Positions 18,987-26,485 of a stretch of 29,979 nt of DNA are shown one piece after another (within the stretch, counting starts at the first letter, position 1; every line of letters begins with the position of its first letter). Source of the stretch: a virus. Lineage: Duplodnaviria; Caudoviricetes. A program made the position numbers and the translations under genes. The notes beneath the pieces were generated by a model that was given only the letters and a program-made list of their open reading frames with translations, had not been told where the DNA came from and made no database searches. The stretch spans positions 1 through 29,979 of IMG/VR virus record IMGVR_UViG_3300020044_002186; one strand, written 5' to 3'.

Positions 18987-19970
18987 ATGGGTTTAAAACA
19001 CGATCAAATCAAGGATCATTTTTTTTCATCGCCATTGTCAATGAAACATTTTTCGGAAAAATACCACGAAACGTATGGGTATTCAGATGCAAAGCAAATG
19101 CGAAAAATGATGAGCCGTTACAATATTTTATCACGTGTAAGAGCTGAAAAGACATTGGCTGATTTACCAAAGGCACAAATCGAATCCACAACATTTTTCG
19201 AATTAGAAAATTTTGGAATTGAGGAATCAATTGGTAAGGAATACACATCAGCACGATTACCGGATCATTTAAAGAAAATTGGCATATTATCCGACATTCA
19301 CGTGCCGTTTCATTCGGTCGAAGCCGTTGTGTGTGCAATTAAGCATTTAAAGGAACAAAACATTGATTGTTTGTATCTGAATGGAGACACTTTCGACCAA
19401 TATTCAATTTCCAGACACGAACGTGATCCCGATCTTAGAGACTATCCAAAGGAAGTCGAAATGTGCCGTAATTTCCTGCAAACATTGCGTGGTATATTCC
19501 CAACGATACCGATTTATTTTAAGGCAGGGAATCACGAAAACAGGCATCAAAGATATATTAACCAACAGGCAGAAGAATTTGCGCAGTTGCACGAATTGCA
19601 ATTTGAGCAATTTTTTAGATTAGATGTGTTAGACATTAAATATGTTCCTGATTGGCAGGGAATGGAAATGGGCGATTTGTTGGTTTGTCACGGTCACGAA
19701 TTGATGGCCGGTGGAATGAATCCATCGCAAAGCACGTTCAATAAAACGTTCTGCAATACGTTAATTGGACACGTTCACAGGACAACCAACACCATTAAAA
19801 AGACAGGATTTAAACAATACATTCACACGTATTCCACAGGATGTTTGACACAATTAAGCCCAAAATACTATCCATTTGCCCAGCACAATCACGGGTTTGC
19901 ATTAGTAATGATAACCGATGGGAAGGCAAAGGTTGAAAATCTAATGATAAAAGATGGAAAAATTGTGTAG
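18987..19970 (+). CDS. Calcineurin-like metallophosphoesterase with N-terminal extension
   Basis: SDIH, NGD, GNHE, HGH and GHVH motifs; ATG 18987 preferred over TTG 18960. Confidence 0.9.
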   Translation: MGLKHDQIKDHFFSSPLSMKHFSEKYHETYGYSDAKQMRKMMSRYNILSRVRAEKTLADLPKAQIESTTFFELENFGIEESIGKEYTSARLPDHLKKIGILSDIHVPFHSVEAVVCAIKHLKEQNIDCLYLNGDTFDQYSISRHERDPDLRDYPKEVEMCRNFLQTLRGIFPTIPIYFKAGNHENRHQRYINQQAEEFAQLHELQFEQFFRLDVLDIKYVPDWQGMEMGDLLVCHGHELMAGGMNPSQSTFNKTFCNTLIGHVHRTTNTIKKTGFKQYIHTYSTGCLTQLSPKYYPFAQHNHGFALVMITDGKAKVENLMIKDGKIV

Positions 19971-19975
19971 TTTTG
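19968..19975 (+). promoter_or_regulatory. -7 promoter box for candidate sRNA2
   Basis: TAGTTTTG(CA) overlapping the TAG stop. Confidence 0.55.
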
Positions 19976-19979
19976 CATC

Positions 19980-20050
19980 GGTAGTAAAGGTTTAATGATT
20001 CATACAGTTGTTGTTTAGAAAGGGCAGATCCAATGGGTTTGCCCTTTTTT
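19980..20050 (+). ncRNA. Candidate small RNA 2 (~70 nt)
   Basis: Promoter box, unstructured G/U-rich segment complementary to three early-gene starts, then a terminator. Confidence 0.52.
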
Positions 20051-20053
20051 ATT
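20019..20053 (+). terminator. Rho-independent terminator
   Basis: AGGGCAGATCC/GGGTTTGCCCT stem followed by a T-run. Confidence 0.85.
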
Positions 20054-20111
20054 GCACAGAAACGCAATATTTTGACCGTTAAATAATTATTTGATATTTT
20101 TTTGATTATTT

Positions 20112-20153
20112 TTGTTTGAAATTGTTTGAAATCAAAATAAAAGTGTAATTTTA
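20112..20153 (+). promoter_or_regulatory. Probable early promoter
   Basis: TTTG at 20125-20128 inside tandem TTGTTTGAAA x2, and variant -7 box TAATTTTA at 20146-20153. Confidence 0.5.
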
Positions 20154-20184
20154 CATCAACAAACAACAACAAAACAATAACAAT

Positions 20185-20517
20185 ATGAAAAATTCAACAA
20201 TTGACGCACAATTTTCAATGTTCAATGAGGCACAAATTGAGGCCATCAAATTAATTATTAACAAAAATTTTTGGGGTGATTGTGATCAAGAATATGCAGA
20301 TGGTAAAACATATGATACATATGGATATTATACAAACACACAAAAAGGCAAAGAGTGGTCAGGTATGATTTCAGGCATATCAAAAAAAATCAAATCATCA
20401 AAAACAAATTTAATCAATACGTTTCCTAATTGGTGGGGTGATAATAGCGGTGATATGATCTTTTTCAATATTGATTTAATTGACAAAGATGAATTAGAAA
20501 AATGGGCATCAAAATAA
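20185..20517 (+). CDS. Hypothetical protein (first early gene)
   Basis: 110-aa ORF with A/C-rich leader. Confidence 0.75.
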   Translation: MKNSTIDAQFSMFNEAQIEAIKLIINKNFWGDCDQEYADGKTYDTYGYYTNTQKGKEWSGMISGISKKIKSSKTNLINTFPNWWGDNSGDMIFFNIDLIDKDELEKWASK

Positions 20518-20527
20518 ATTAACACCG

Positions 20528-20553
20528 TGCCGGGCGGATTCCCGGCAATTTTT
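20528..20553 (+). terminator. Terminator-like hairpin
   Basis: TGCCGGG/CCCGGCA stem followed by ATTTTT. Confidence 0.6.
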
Positions 20554-20566
20554 AAACAACAACAAT

Positions 20567-20677
20567 ATGTGGAATCTATTAAAAACAATTGACAAAAATG
20601 ACATTGCAGGTTTAGTTATCGTTTTAACAGCCGGTGCAATCTGTGTGAAACTTATGTACATCGTTGGCAACATTTAA
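20567..20677 (+). CDS. Small membrane peptide (36 aa), not in ORF track
   Basis: MWNLLKTIDKNDIAGLVIVLTAGAICVKLMYIVGNI; leader TAAACAACAACAAT-ATG; fills the gap between genes. Confidence 0.65.
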   Translation: MWNLLKTIDKNDIAGLVIVLTAGAICVKLMYIVGNI

Positions 20678-20688
20678 TCACTACGGCA

Positions 20689-20877
20689 ATGATCTACAAA
20701 ATCACATTTAAAGACAATTCCGGTTATTACACCGTGACAAAAGATTTTGCCAACACAGATGAGTTGGGCAAATACATCCAGAATGAAATGGCCAATTATG
20801 GCGGAAAAGAAATAGGCATTGAGGAATTTGAATCAATGCAGGAAATGTTAGAAAAACGATATGAGGGTAAAAATTAA
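20689..20877 (+). CDS. Hypothetical protein
   Basis: 62 aa, overlaps the next gene. Confidence 0.65.
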   Translation: MIYKITFKDNSGYYTVTKDFANTDELGKYIQNEMANYGGKEIGIEEFESMQEMLEKRYEGKN

Positions 20878-21067
20878 TCACGGTGAATTGCACCAAAAGG
20901 TGGCAGACGATTTGAACAAACGAGGGATTCTGCCACCACGCAAAGACAAATGGGAATCGCACAATGTGCAGATGGCCATTTCAAGAAAATTAAATTATCC
21001 CCTAATGTGGGAGGCAATCAATAGAATATCTAAACAAATGTATGATGAATCAGGAAAAACAAATTAA
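20861..21067 (+). CDS. Small putative DNA-binding protein resembling the serine-recombinase 'Recombinase' domain
   Basis: VADDLNKRGILPPRKDKWESHNV resembles IA..LN..G...R...W....V. Confidence 0.5.
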   Translation: MRVKINHGELHQKVADDLNKRGILPPRKDKWESHNVQMAISRKLNYPLMWEAINRISKQMYDESGKTN

Positions 21068-21656
21068 TCCATTGGCCGATATACAGGCAAAATTAAAAGC
21101 ACCCAAAGGGCAATTCAATTCATTTGGGAAATACCATTACAGATCAGCCGAAGATATTTTGGAAGCAGTCAAAAAAGTTGTGAATCCAATGGGGTTTTCA
21201 ATAATATTGACAGATCAGGTAAAAGAAATAGGCGGTCGCATTTACGTAGAATCAACAGCATCATTGTTTAATGGTGAATTAGAATACAACGCAACAGGAT
21301 TTGCACGTGAAGAAGAAACCAAAAAGGGAATGGATGGATCGCAGATCACCGGGAGTGCATCAAGTTATTCACGCAAAATTGCGTTAAACGGATTATTTGC
21401 CATCGATGATACAAAGGATTCGGATTCAACAAATGATCACGGCAAATCGCAGGAATTGAAGCCACAGGCCAAAGGTGCAATACCTGCGCCATCGCAATTT
21501 GATATTGAGTTCAAAGAATTAATTGCAGATGTTAAAAGTGTGATTGCAATTGGTGAATTAAAAGGCATCTGGGAAAAATTAACAGATGAGGCAAAAACCA
21601 ATAAAGAAATTCAGCAATTATTTAACCACAGAAAATCAGAATTATCCACCAAATAA
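21045..21656 (+). CDS. ERF-family single-strand annealing protein
   Basis: LKAPKGQFNSFGKYHYRSAEDILEAVK, AREEETKKGMDGSQITGSASSYSRK.ALNGLFAIDDTKDSD. Confidence 0.9.
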   Translation: MNQEKQINPLADIQAKLKAPKGQFNSFGKYHYRSAEDILEAVKKVVNPMGFSIILTDQVKEIGGRIYVESTASLFNGELEYNATGFAREEETKKGMDGSQITGSASSYSRKIALNGLFAIDDTKDSDSTNDHGKSQELKPQAKGAIPAPSQFDIEFKELIADVKSVIAIGELKGIWEKLTDEAKTNKEIQQLFNHRKSELSTK

Positions 21657-21667
21657 ATAAACAACCT

Positions 21668-22132
21668 ATGAAAAACGAATTGATGGCCGTTGATGGTCAA
21701 ATCCTCGAATTAAACAAAAAAGAAATCACGCAGTTGGCCGAAAACTTTATGGCCAACGCAGATTCAATCAACACCGTGAAATTGGCGGCACAATTGGCAA
21801 AATTCACGCATTTATCAGCCGAAATGGATAAGTTGTTAAAAGAACATTTATTTGTTGATTTGCGCCAAAATAAGGATGGCAAATTATCAGCATTTGGTGT
21901 GGACTTTTCAGAAATGGAGGGCGGTGTAAAATATGATTATTCAGAAACCGAATCATGGTGCAAATTGCAATTTGAAATTGATCGCCTAAAAGACAAACAA
22001 AAAGAAATTGAAGCATTTTGTAAGGCATTGAAATCAAAGGTTTCTATATTGGATGAGGAAACAGGTGAATTGGCTGATTTTTATCCACCATCGAAATCAT
22101 CCACAACCACAATCAAAAAAGTAATTAAATAA
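21668..22132 (+). CDS. Hypothetical protein (recombination module)
   Basis: 154 aa between ERF and the SSB-like gene. Confidence 0.75.
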   Translation: MKNELMAVDGQILELNKKEITQLAENFMANADSINTVKLAAQLAKFTHLSAEMDKLLKEHLFVDLRQNKDGKLSAFGVDFSEMEGGVKYDYSETESWCKLQFEIDRLKDKQKEIEAFCKALKSKVSILDEETGELADFYPPSKSSTTTIKKVIK

Positions 22133-22153
22133 ACAATCTAAATAAAAAATCAA

Positions 22154-22462
22154 ATGGCACGTTTAGTAAACATTAAAATTGACCTTTCAAAAATTGACAA
22201 ATCACGCATCTTTGAAAGCCAAAAGACAGGGGCGAAATATCTGGACATTACAGGTGTATTAACAGACACACCAGATCAATACGAAAACAATGGATTCGTA
22301 AAGCAGAACACAACAAAGGAGGAACGTGAGGCAGGATTGAAATTGCCAATTATCGGAAATTTTAAATTATTGAAAATCTTAAATGATCCGGGCGCACCTG
22401 TATCGGCACAGCCTATTCAACGTGAAGTCAATCCAATTGAAACAGATGAATTACCATTTTAG
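22154..22462 (+). CDS. Putative single-stranded DNA-binding protein
   Basis: Acidic C-terminal tip TDELPF; located near ERF. Confidence 0.62.
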   Translation: MARLVNIKIDLSKIDKSRIFESQKTGAKYLDITGVLTDTPDQYENNGFVKQNTTKEEREAGLKLPIIGNFKLLKILNDPGAPVSAQPIQREVNPIETDELPF

Positions 22463-22464
22463 CA

Positions 22465-22734
22465 ATGAGGAAAATTGTAGATAGTTACACAACACGGCAC
22501 GGTGAATTGAGGGCAATTTATTCCGTTGCAACGGCCAATTTAAAGCACAGGGATATTGAAATCGGTGCGGTATATGAATTGGAATACCGGTTGGGGAAAC
22601 AGGTTTTATTTTTGAAATCTGAATTGGATCACGTAACTGATGGAAATCGCACATTGTTTTTTAAACATCCCGATCCAGAACGCAGATTGATTGGAATCCC
22701 TATTATGTCAATCATTAGATACGTGAAAAAATGA
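22465..22734 (+). CDS. Hypothetical protein
   Basis: 89 aa, tightly packed. Confidence 0.7.
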   Translation: MRKIVDSYTTRHGELRAIYSVATANLKHRDIEIGAVYELEYRLGKQVLFLKSELDHVTDGNRTLFFKHPDPERRLIGIPIMSIIRYVKK

Positions 22735-22841
22735 GCATAGAAACAAAAATTGATTTAGTATTTTATTGGGCCATTGCACAGATGTTTTTTACGATATTAG
22801 GTGCATTAATCAATATTTATAATGAAAACAAAAACAAATAA
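22731..22841 (+). CDS. Small membrane peptide (36 aa), not in ORF track
   Basis: MSIETKIDLVFYWAIAQMFFTILGALINIYNENKNK; ATGA overlap with the upstream stop. Confidence 0.6.
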   Translation: MSIETKIDLVFYWAIAQMFFTILGALINIYNENKNK

Positions 22842-22995
22842 AACAAACGAATTGGGGTACACGTTCAATCAGGTTTGGGCGCATATCGCAAAAGAATTAG
22901 AAAATAATTTAGAAAAATTAAATAAAATTCAACCTAAACAACAAAAATATGGTAACGTTTCAGCAATATCATCAGGCCAATCCGCATCTTTATGA
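22822..22995 (+). CDS. Small hypothetical protein (57 aa), not in ORF track
   Basis: MKTKTNKTNELGYTFNQVWAHIAKELENNLEKLNKI...; fills the gap and overlaps both neighbours. Confidence 0.5.
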   Translation: MKTKTNKTNELGYTFNQVWAHIAKELENNLEKLNKIQPKQQKYGNVSAISSGQSASL

Positions 22996-23224
22996 GTTGT
23001 ACAAGGCCATTGCAATGCAGTTAATTCAGCAAAATCGCAAGGTAATTGGATCAGGATACATATTCCAAAAAATGCGTTTTGAATTTCAGTTTACCACCAA
23101 TGGTGATCCATTCAAAATCAACAACAATTTTGCGCCAATGTATGCACGTAAATTTGTTTTAGAGCATCCGCAATTTGGACACCTGTTCAAATTTAAGCAG
23201 TTAAAAGGTAGTTTATTAATGTGA
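22949..23224 (+). CDS. Phage hypothetical protein
   Basis: 91 aa; FQQYHQANPHLY...FKINNNFAPMYARKF pattern. Confidence 0.75.
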   Translation: MVTFQQYHQANPHLYELYKAIAMQLIQQNRKVIGSGYIFQKMRFEFQFTTNGDPFKINNNFAPMYARKFVLEHPQFGHLFKFKQLKGSLLM

Positions 23225-23230
23225 AACATT

Positions 23231-23238
23231 TATATTTG
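23231..23238 (+). promoter_or_regulatory. -7 promoter box for the replication operon
   Basis: TATATTTG ahead of the structured leader. Confidence 0.62.
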
Positions 23239-23243
23239 TTTCA

Positions 23244-23339
23244 TAATCAGCGGAAAGGGTAGGAGTTTTCCGGTGATTAATTGGGTTTAAGAACCACAAA
23301 GCCTGTCTGCACTCCTACGCATTCAGGCTTTATTTTTTT
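23244..23339 (+). ncRNA. Structured 5' leader with two hairpins whose loops are complementary (kissing loop / attenuator)
   Basis: Loop GTAGGAGT (23259-23266) is the exact reverse complement of loop ACTCCTAC (23311-23318); hairpin 2 is followed by a T-run. Confidence 0.68.
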
Positions 23340-23348
23340 AAAAATCTA

Positions 23349-24032
23349 ATGGACAAAGAGGCATTTTATTTTCCGCATTTCTGTAATGCAAGGCACGACC
23401 GTAAAATCCGCAGGTTGCGCAGGGAATTGGGAGTTGAAGGATATGGCATTTATTTTATGTTGTTGGAAACATTAAGAGAGCAACAAGATTTGATGTACCC
23501 AATGGATGATCTGGATTTGTTATCAGATGAATTTGGTGTATCAGAGGCAAAGATTAGGACAACGATTTGCAATTATGAATTATTTGAAGTTGATGTGGAT
23601 CAAAAATTCTTTTCACCTAAAATGTTGGTTTATTTAGAGCCATATTTTAAAATGAAAGAGCAACGCAAAATGGCCGGAAAAGCATCAGCAGAAAAACGAA
23701 TTTCAACGACCGTTCAACGACCGTTCAACAAAGGAAAGGAAAGTAAAGTAAATGAAATAAAAGAAAATGAAAATAAAGTAAATGAAATAGTGTTTAGTGA
23801 CCTATTGTCACCACACATTTTTGATCTGGGAAATGAATATGACAATTTTCTTTCTTATTGGACAGAAAAAGATAAAAAAGGCAAAGAAAGATGGCAATCA
23901 GAAAAATTCTTTGATATTAGCAGGAGGATAAATACTTGGATGGCTAACAAAAATAAATTCAACAACAATGGATCATCAGACACAAAACTTGGAACGAGTG
24001 CAGCAAGAATGGCAGCCCTTGCAAAATTTTAA
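23349..24032 (+). CDS. Replication initiator (DUF4373 / Lin1244-like N-terminus)
   Basis: YFPH..NAR.D.KI..LRRELGVEGYGIYFMLLE.L; internal iterons; C-terminal F..YW domain. Confidence 0.8.
   Translation: MDKEAFYFPHFCNARHDRKIRRLRRELGVEGYGIYFMLLETLREQQDLMYPMDDLDLLSDEFGVSEAKIRTTICNYELFEVDVDQKFFSPKMLVYLEPYFKMKEQRKMAGKASAEKRISTTVQRPFNKGKESKVNEIKENENKVNEIVFSDLLSPHIFDLGNEYDNFLSYWTEKDKKGKERWQSEKFFDISRRINTWMANKNKFNNNGSSDTKLGTSAARMAALAKF
23702..23790. repeat. Probable origin: 11-bp iterons plus 5-bp-periodic A-rich tract
   Basis: TTCAACGACCG x2 plus TTCAAC, then AAAGG AAAGG AAAGT AAAGT AAATG AAATA... Confidence 0.65.
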
Positions 24033-24714
24033 TGGCATAGCCAATACAATCATTAAGGCACAAAGCAAACCAAACATTCGCAATCGTTCTGAGGATGAAT
24101 TAAAACAGGTTTTACGTTTGGCAATGTTAATGGTTGGATTACGTGGATCAAATATGCCAACGGATGAAGAAAAATACGTATTGCTTGCATTCATCAAATC
24201 TAATTACGGAAACCAAACACCAGAGGAAATTGCCATCGCATTTGAATATGCAGTTGCAGGCAAATTAAATACTGATTGTAAATGTTATGAGAATTTTTCG
24301 TGTGAATACTTTGGCCGGATAATGAACGCATACATTGATTATGCAAGGCAGGAAACCAAATTGGTAAAACGGCCAGAAATAGAAGAAAAAAAGCCTGTGC
24401 CATCTGATGCAGAATTGAAAGAGTTGGCAATTTATAATGTCAATGCATATGTTGCTAAAATCAAATTATTAGATGCAACAGGTGGCAAATTTGATTGGCC
24501 AAAAGGATTGGCACATTTGTATGATTATTTAGTAAAATTTGGAATTTGGGTTTGCCCTGATGCGGATCGTGAACAAATCAAAACACGATTGAGTCTAAAA
24601 TTTACTGATTACAAATTATTCAATGCAGAATGCAAAGGTGAGGCATACAAATTGTTTTGCCATCAATTAGCCGAAATGGATATGACATTGGATCAAAACG
24701 GTCAGATAATATGA
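23968..24714 (+). CDS. Replication-associated protein (possible helicase loader)
   Basis: 248 aa overlapping the initiator gene; function inferred from position only. Confidence 0.5.
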   Translation: MDHQTQNLERVQQEWQPLQNFNGIANTIIKAQSKPNIRNRSEDELKQVLRLAMLMVGLRGSNMPTDEEKYVLLAFIKSNYGNQTPEEIAIAFEYAVAGKLNTDCKCYENFSCEYFGRIMNAYIDYARQETKLVKRPEIEEKKPVPSDAELKELAIYNVNAYVAKIKLLDATGGKFDWPKGLAHLYDYLVKFGIWVCPDADREQIKTRLSLKFTDYKLFNAECKGEAYKLFCHQLAEMDMTLDQNGQII

Positions 24715-25343
24715 GCATTCCTGAAAAATATCACGTGAAATCAATAATTTCAGAACAAACATATGATTGGCTATTGCACAAACATTATGCAAAACGAATC
24801 CCATCAATTTCATATGCATTTGGATTGTATCAATCAGAAATTTTAAAAGGTGTTTTAACAATTGGAAAACCTGCATCGCCATCATTATGCGATGGTGTAT
24901 GTGGCAAAGAGTTTAGCCAATATGTGTACGAATTGAATCGATTATGCGTTGATGACAATCTAGAAAAAAATGTATTATCATATTTTGTTTCACAGGCATT
25001 GAAATTTATCAAAGATGATTTGATAATTGTAAGTTATGCCGACACAATGATGTCGCACAATGGATACATTTATCAGGCAACAAATTGGATTTATACAGGT
25101 GCTACCAAAGAAAGGACAGATATTGGATTTGAAGATGGAACGCATTCAAGGCATTATAATAAAAATATTGATTATTCAATCCGAAAATTTAGAAGTTCAA
25201 AGCACAGATACATTTATTTTTTAGGCAAATTAAAAAGGACATTTGTTAAAAATTTAAAATATCAGATTGAGGAATACCCAAAAGGAGAAAACAAAAAATA
25301 CGATTCAAGTTATAAACCAAAAGTTCAATTGGATTTATTTTAA
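24711..25343 (+). CDS. Mom-like adenine modification enzyme (GNAT-like fold)
   Basis: HYAKRIPSISYAFGL, ELNRL, VSYAD...HNGYIYQATNWIYTG; ATGA-coupled start at 24711. Confidence 0.8.
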   Translation: MSIPEKYHVKSIISEQTYDWLLHKHYAKRIPSISYAFGLYQSEILKGVLTIGKPASPSLCDGVCGKEFSQYVYELNRLCVDDNLEKNVLSYFVSQALKFIKDDLIIVSYADTMMSHNGYIYQATNWIYTGATKERTDIGFEDGTHSRHYNKNIDYSIRKFRSSKHRYIYFLGKLKRTFVKNLKYQIEEYPKGENKKYDSSYKPKVQLDLF

Positions 25344-25382
25344 AATATATTTACTAAATAAACCTAAACCAATAACCGACAT

Positions 25383-25616
25383 ATGAAAAAGAATTTGATT
25401 TTAAGCGCAGTTTTAATCACGATTGGATCAATTGTATGTATTGCAATTAATCAGGTCAGAAAACAAAGGAATGGTGGCAAAAAACAAGTAATTGCAAAAC
25501 GTTCGGAATTTAGTCAGGCATTTATGATGGATACCTTTGAACCCATTGAGGATTTTGAAATGATTTATTTTGATGATCACAGGGGATTGGTTCAAATTAA
25601 ACAAAAGGCAAAATGA
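25383..25616 (+). CDS. Hypothetical membrane-anchored protein
   Basis: N-terminal hydrophobic helix. Confidence 0.65.
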   Translation: MKKNLILSAVLITIGSIVCIAINQVRKQRNGGKKQVIAKRSEFSQAFMMDTFEPIEDFEMIYFDDHRGLVQIKQKAK

Positions 25617-26038
25617 GAAACGAACACGAACACAGATTGCAAACGGTGTTGGCCAAATATCTTGATTTGAACAATTATACGTTTTTTGCCATTCCAAATG
25701 GTGGATGGAGAAACAAAGCAGTTGCAGCCAAATTAAAGGCTGAGGGAGTCAAAGCTGGTGTGGCTGATTTATTGATCCTGTTGCCAAACCAAACGTTTCA
25801 CGGCCTATTTGTTGAAGTCAAAATTGCAGGCAATTATCAACAGCCAAACCAAAAAGATTTTGAACAGAAAGCAAGGGATTGCGGATATGAATACATAATT
25901 GTGCGTTCATTGGATGAGTTGATTGAAAAGCTAAAATACTATGAGGGACAACGATTTGTGGAACAGGACAAAATTAGTGCTGCATACCGATCTGGGTACA
26001 TTGATGGGAAATTGGAAAATCAAATGACAATACGATGA
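25613..26038 (+). CDS. VRR-NUC domain nuclease
   Basis: FAIPNGG, LKAEGVKAGVADL, LFVEVK, Q.PNQK.F. Confidence 0.88.
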   Translation: MRNEHEHRLQTVLAKYLDLNNYTFFAIPNGGWRNKAVAAKLKAEGVKAGVADLLILLPNQTFHGLFVEVKIAGNYQQPNQKDFEQKARDCGYEYIIVRSLDELIEKLKYYEGQRFVEQDKISAAYRSGYIDGKLENQMTIR

Positions 26039-26262
26039 ATATTAACAGACAAAAGGCCATTGATTGGGCCAATGAAAAAATTGCTGATCCTGATTTCACA
26101 GAACAGCCAATCAAGGTGAATAAGTGGGAAATAATCCACAATCCAAAATTATTTCTGGAAACCTGTGTGGCCCGGCTAACCTACGGATCAGAAAGGGAAA
26201 AAATTGTAGTTTATAACCGTGTGCGCAATTTTAAAATGTTTTATAATGAACTTAATAAATGA
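26035..26262 (+). CDS. Hypothetical protein
   Basis: 75 aa, ATGA overlap. Confidence 0.7.
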   Translation: MNINRQKAIDWANEKIADPDFTEQPIKVNKWEIIHNPKLFLETCVARLTYGSEREKIVVYNRVRNFKMFYNELNK

Positions 26263-26440
26263 CAATGAAATATTTGTGCATGGTGACATTAAATGTTCCG
26301 ATGGATTAACCCATGAGGATGCAAGCGAATTGATTCAAGAAATACAGGAATTGATGATATTCCATAAAATTGTGAAAATTGATTTGTGTATTGATCCATA
26401 CAAATTTCCACGTGAATTGTTAGACATAGGCAAACCATAA
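26246..26440 (+). CDS. Hypothetical protein (64 aa)
   Basis: ATG 26246 (MNLINDNE...) overlapping the previous gene end. Confidence 0.6.
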   Translation: MNLINDNEIFVHGDIKCSDGLTHEDASELIQEIQELMIFHKIVKIDLCIDPYKFPRELLDIGKP

Positions 26441-26485
26441 AAATACAAGGCAATAAATGTTTAGAATTAACAAAAAAACAAACCG

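Noticed and set aside
19992-20003. Minus-strand start matching the early-gene leader pattern
   Set aside because: Encodes only M-N-H-stop, so it is not a gene
19810-20172. 120-aa minus-strand ORF as a possible divergent repressor
   Set aside because: No HTH pattern, low-complexity sequence, crosses a terminator and overlaps the phosphoesterase
23702-23790. Short repeats as a CRISPR mini-array
   Set aside because: Repeats are contiguous with no spacers and lie within a CDS
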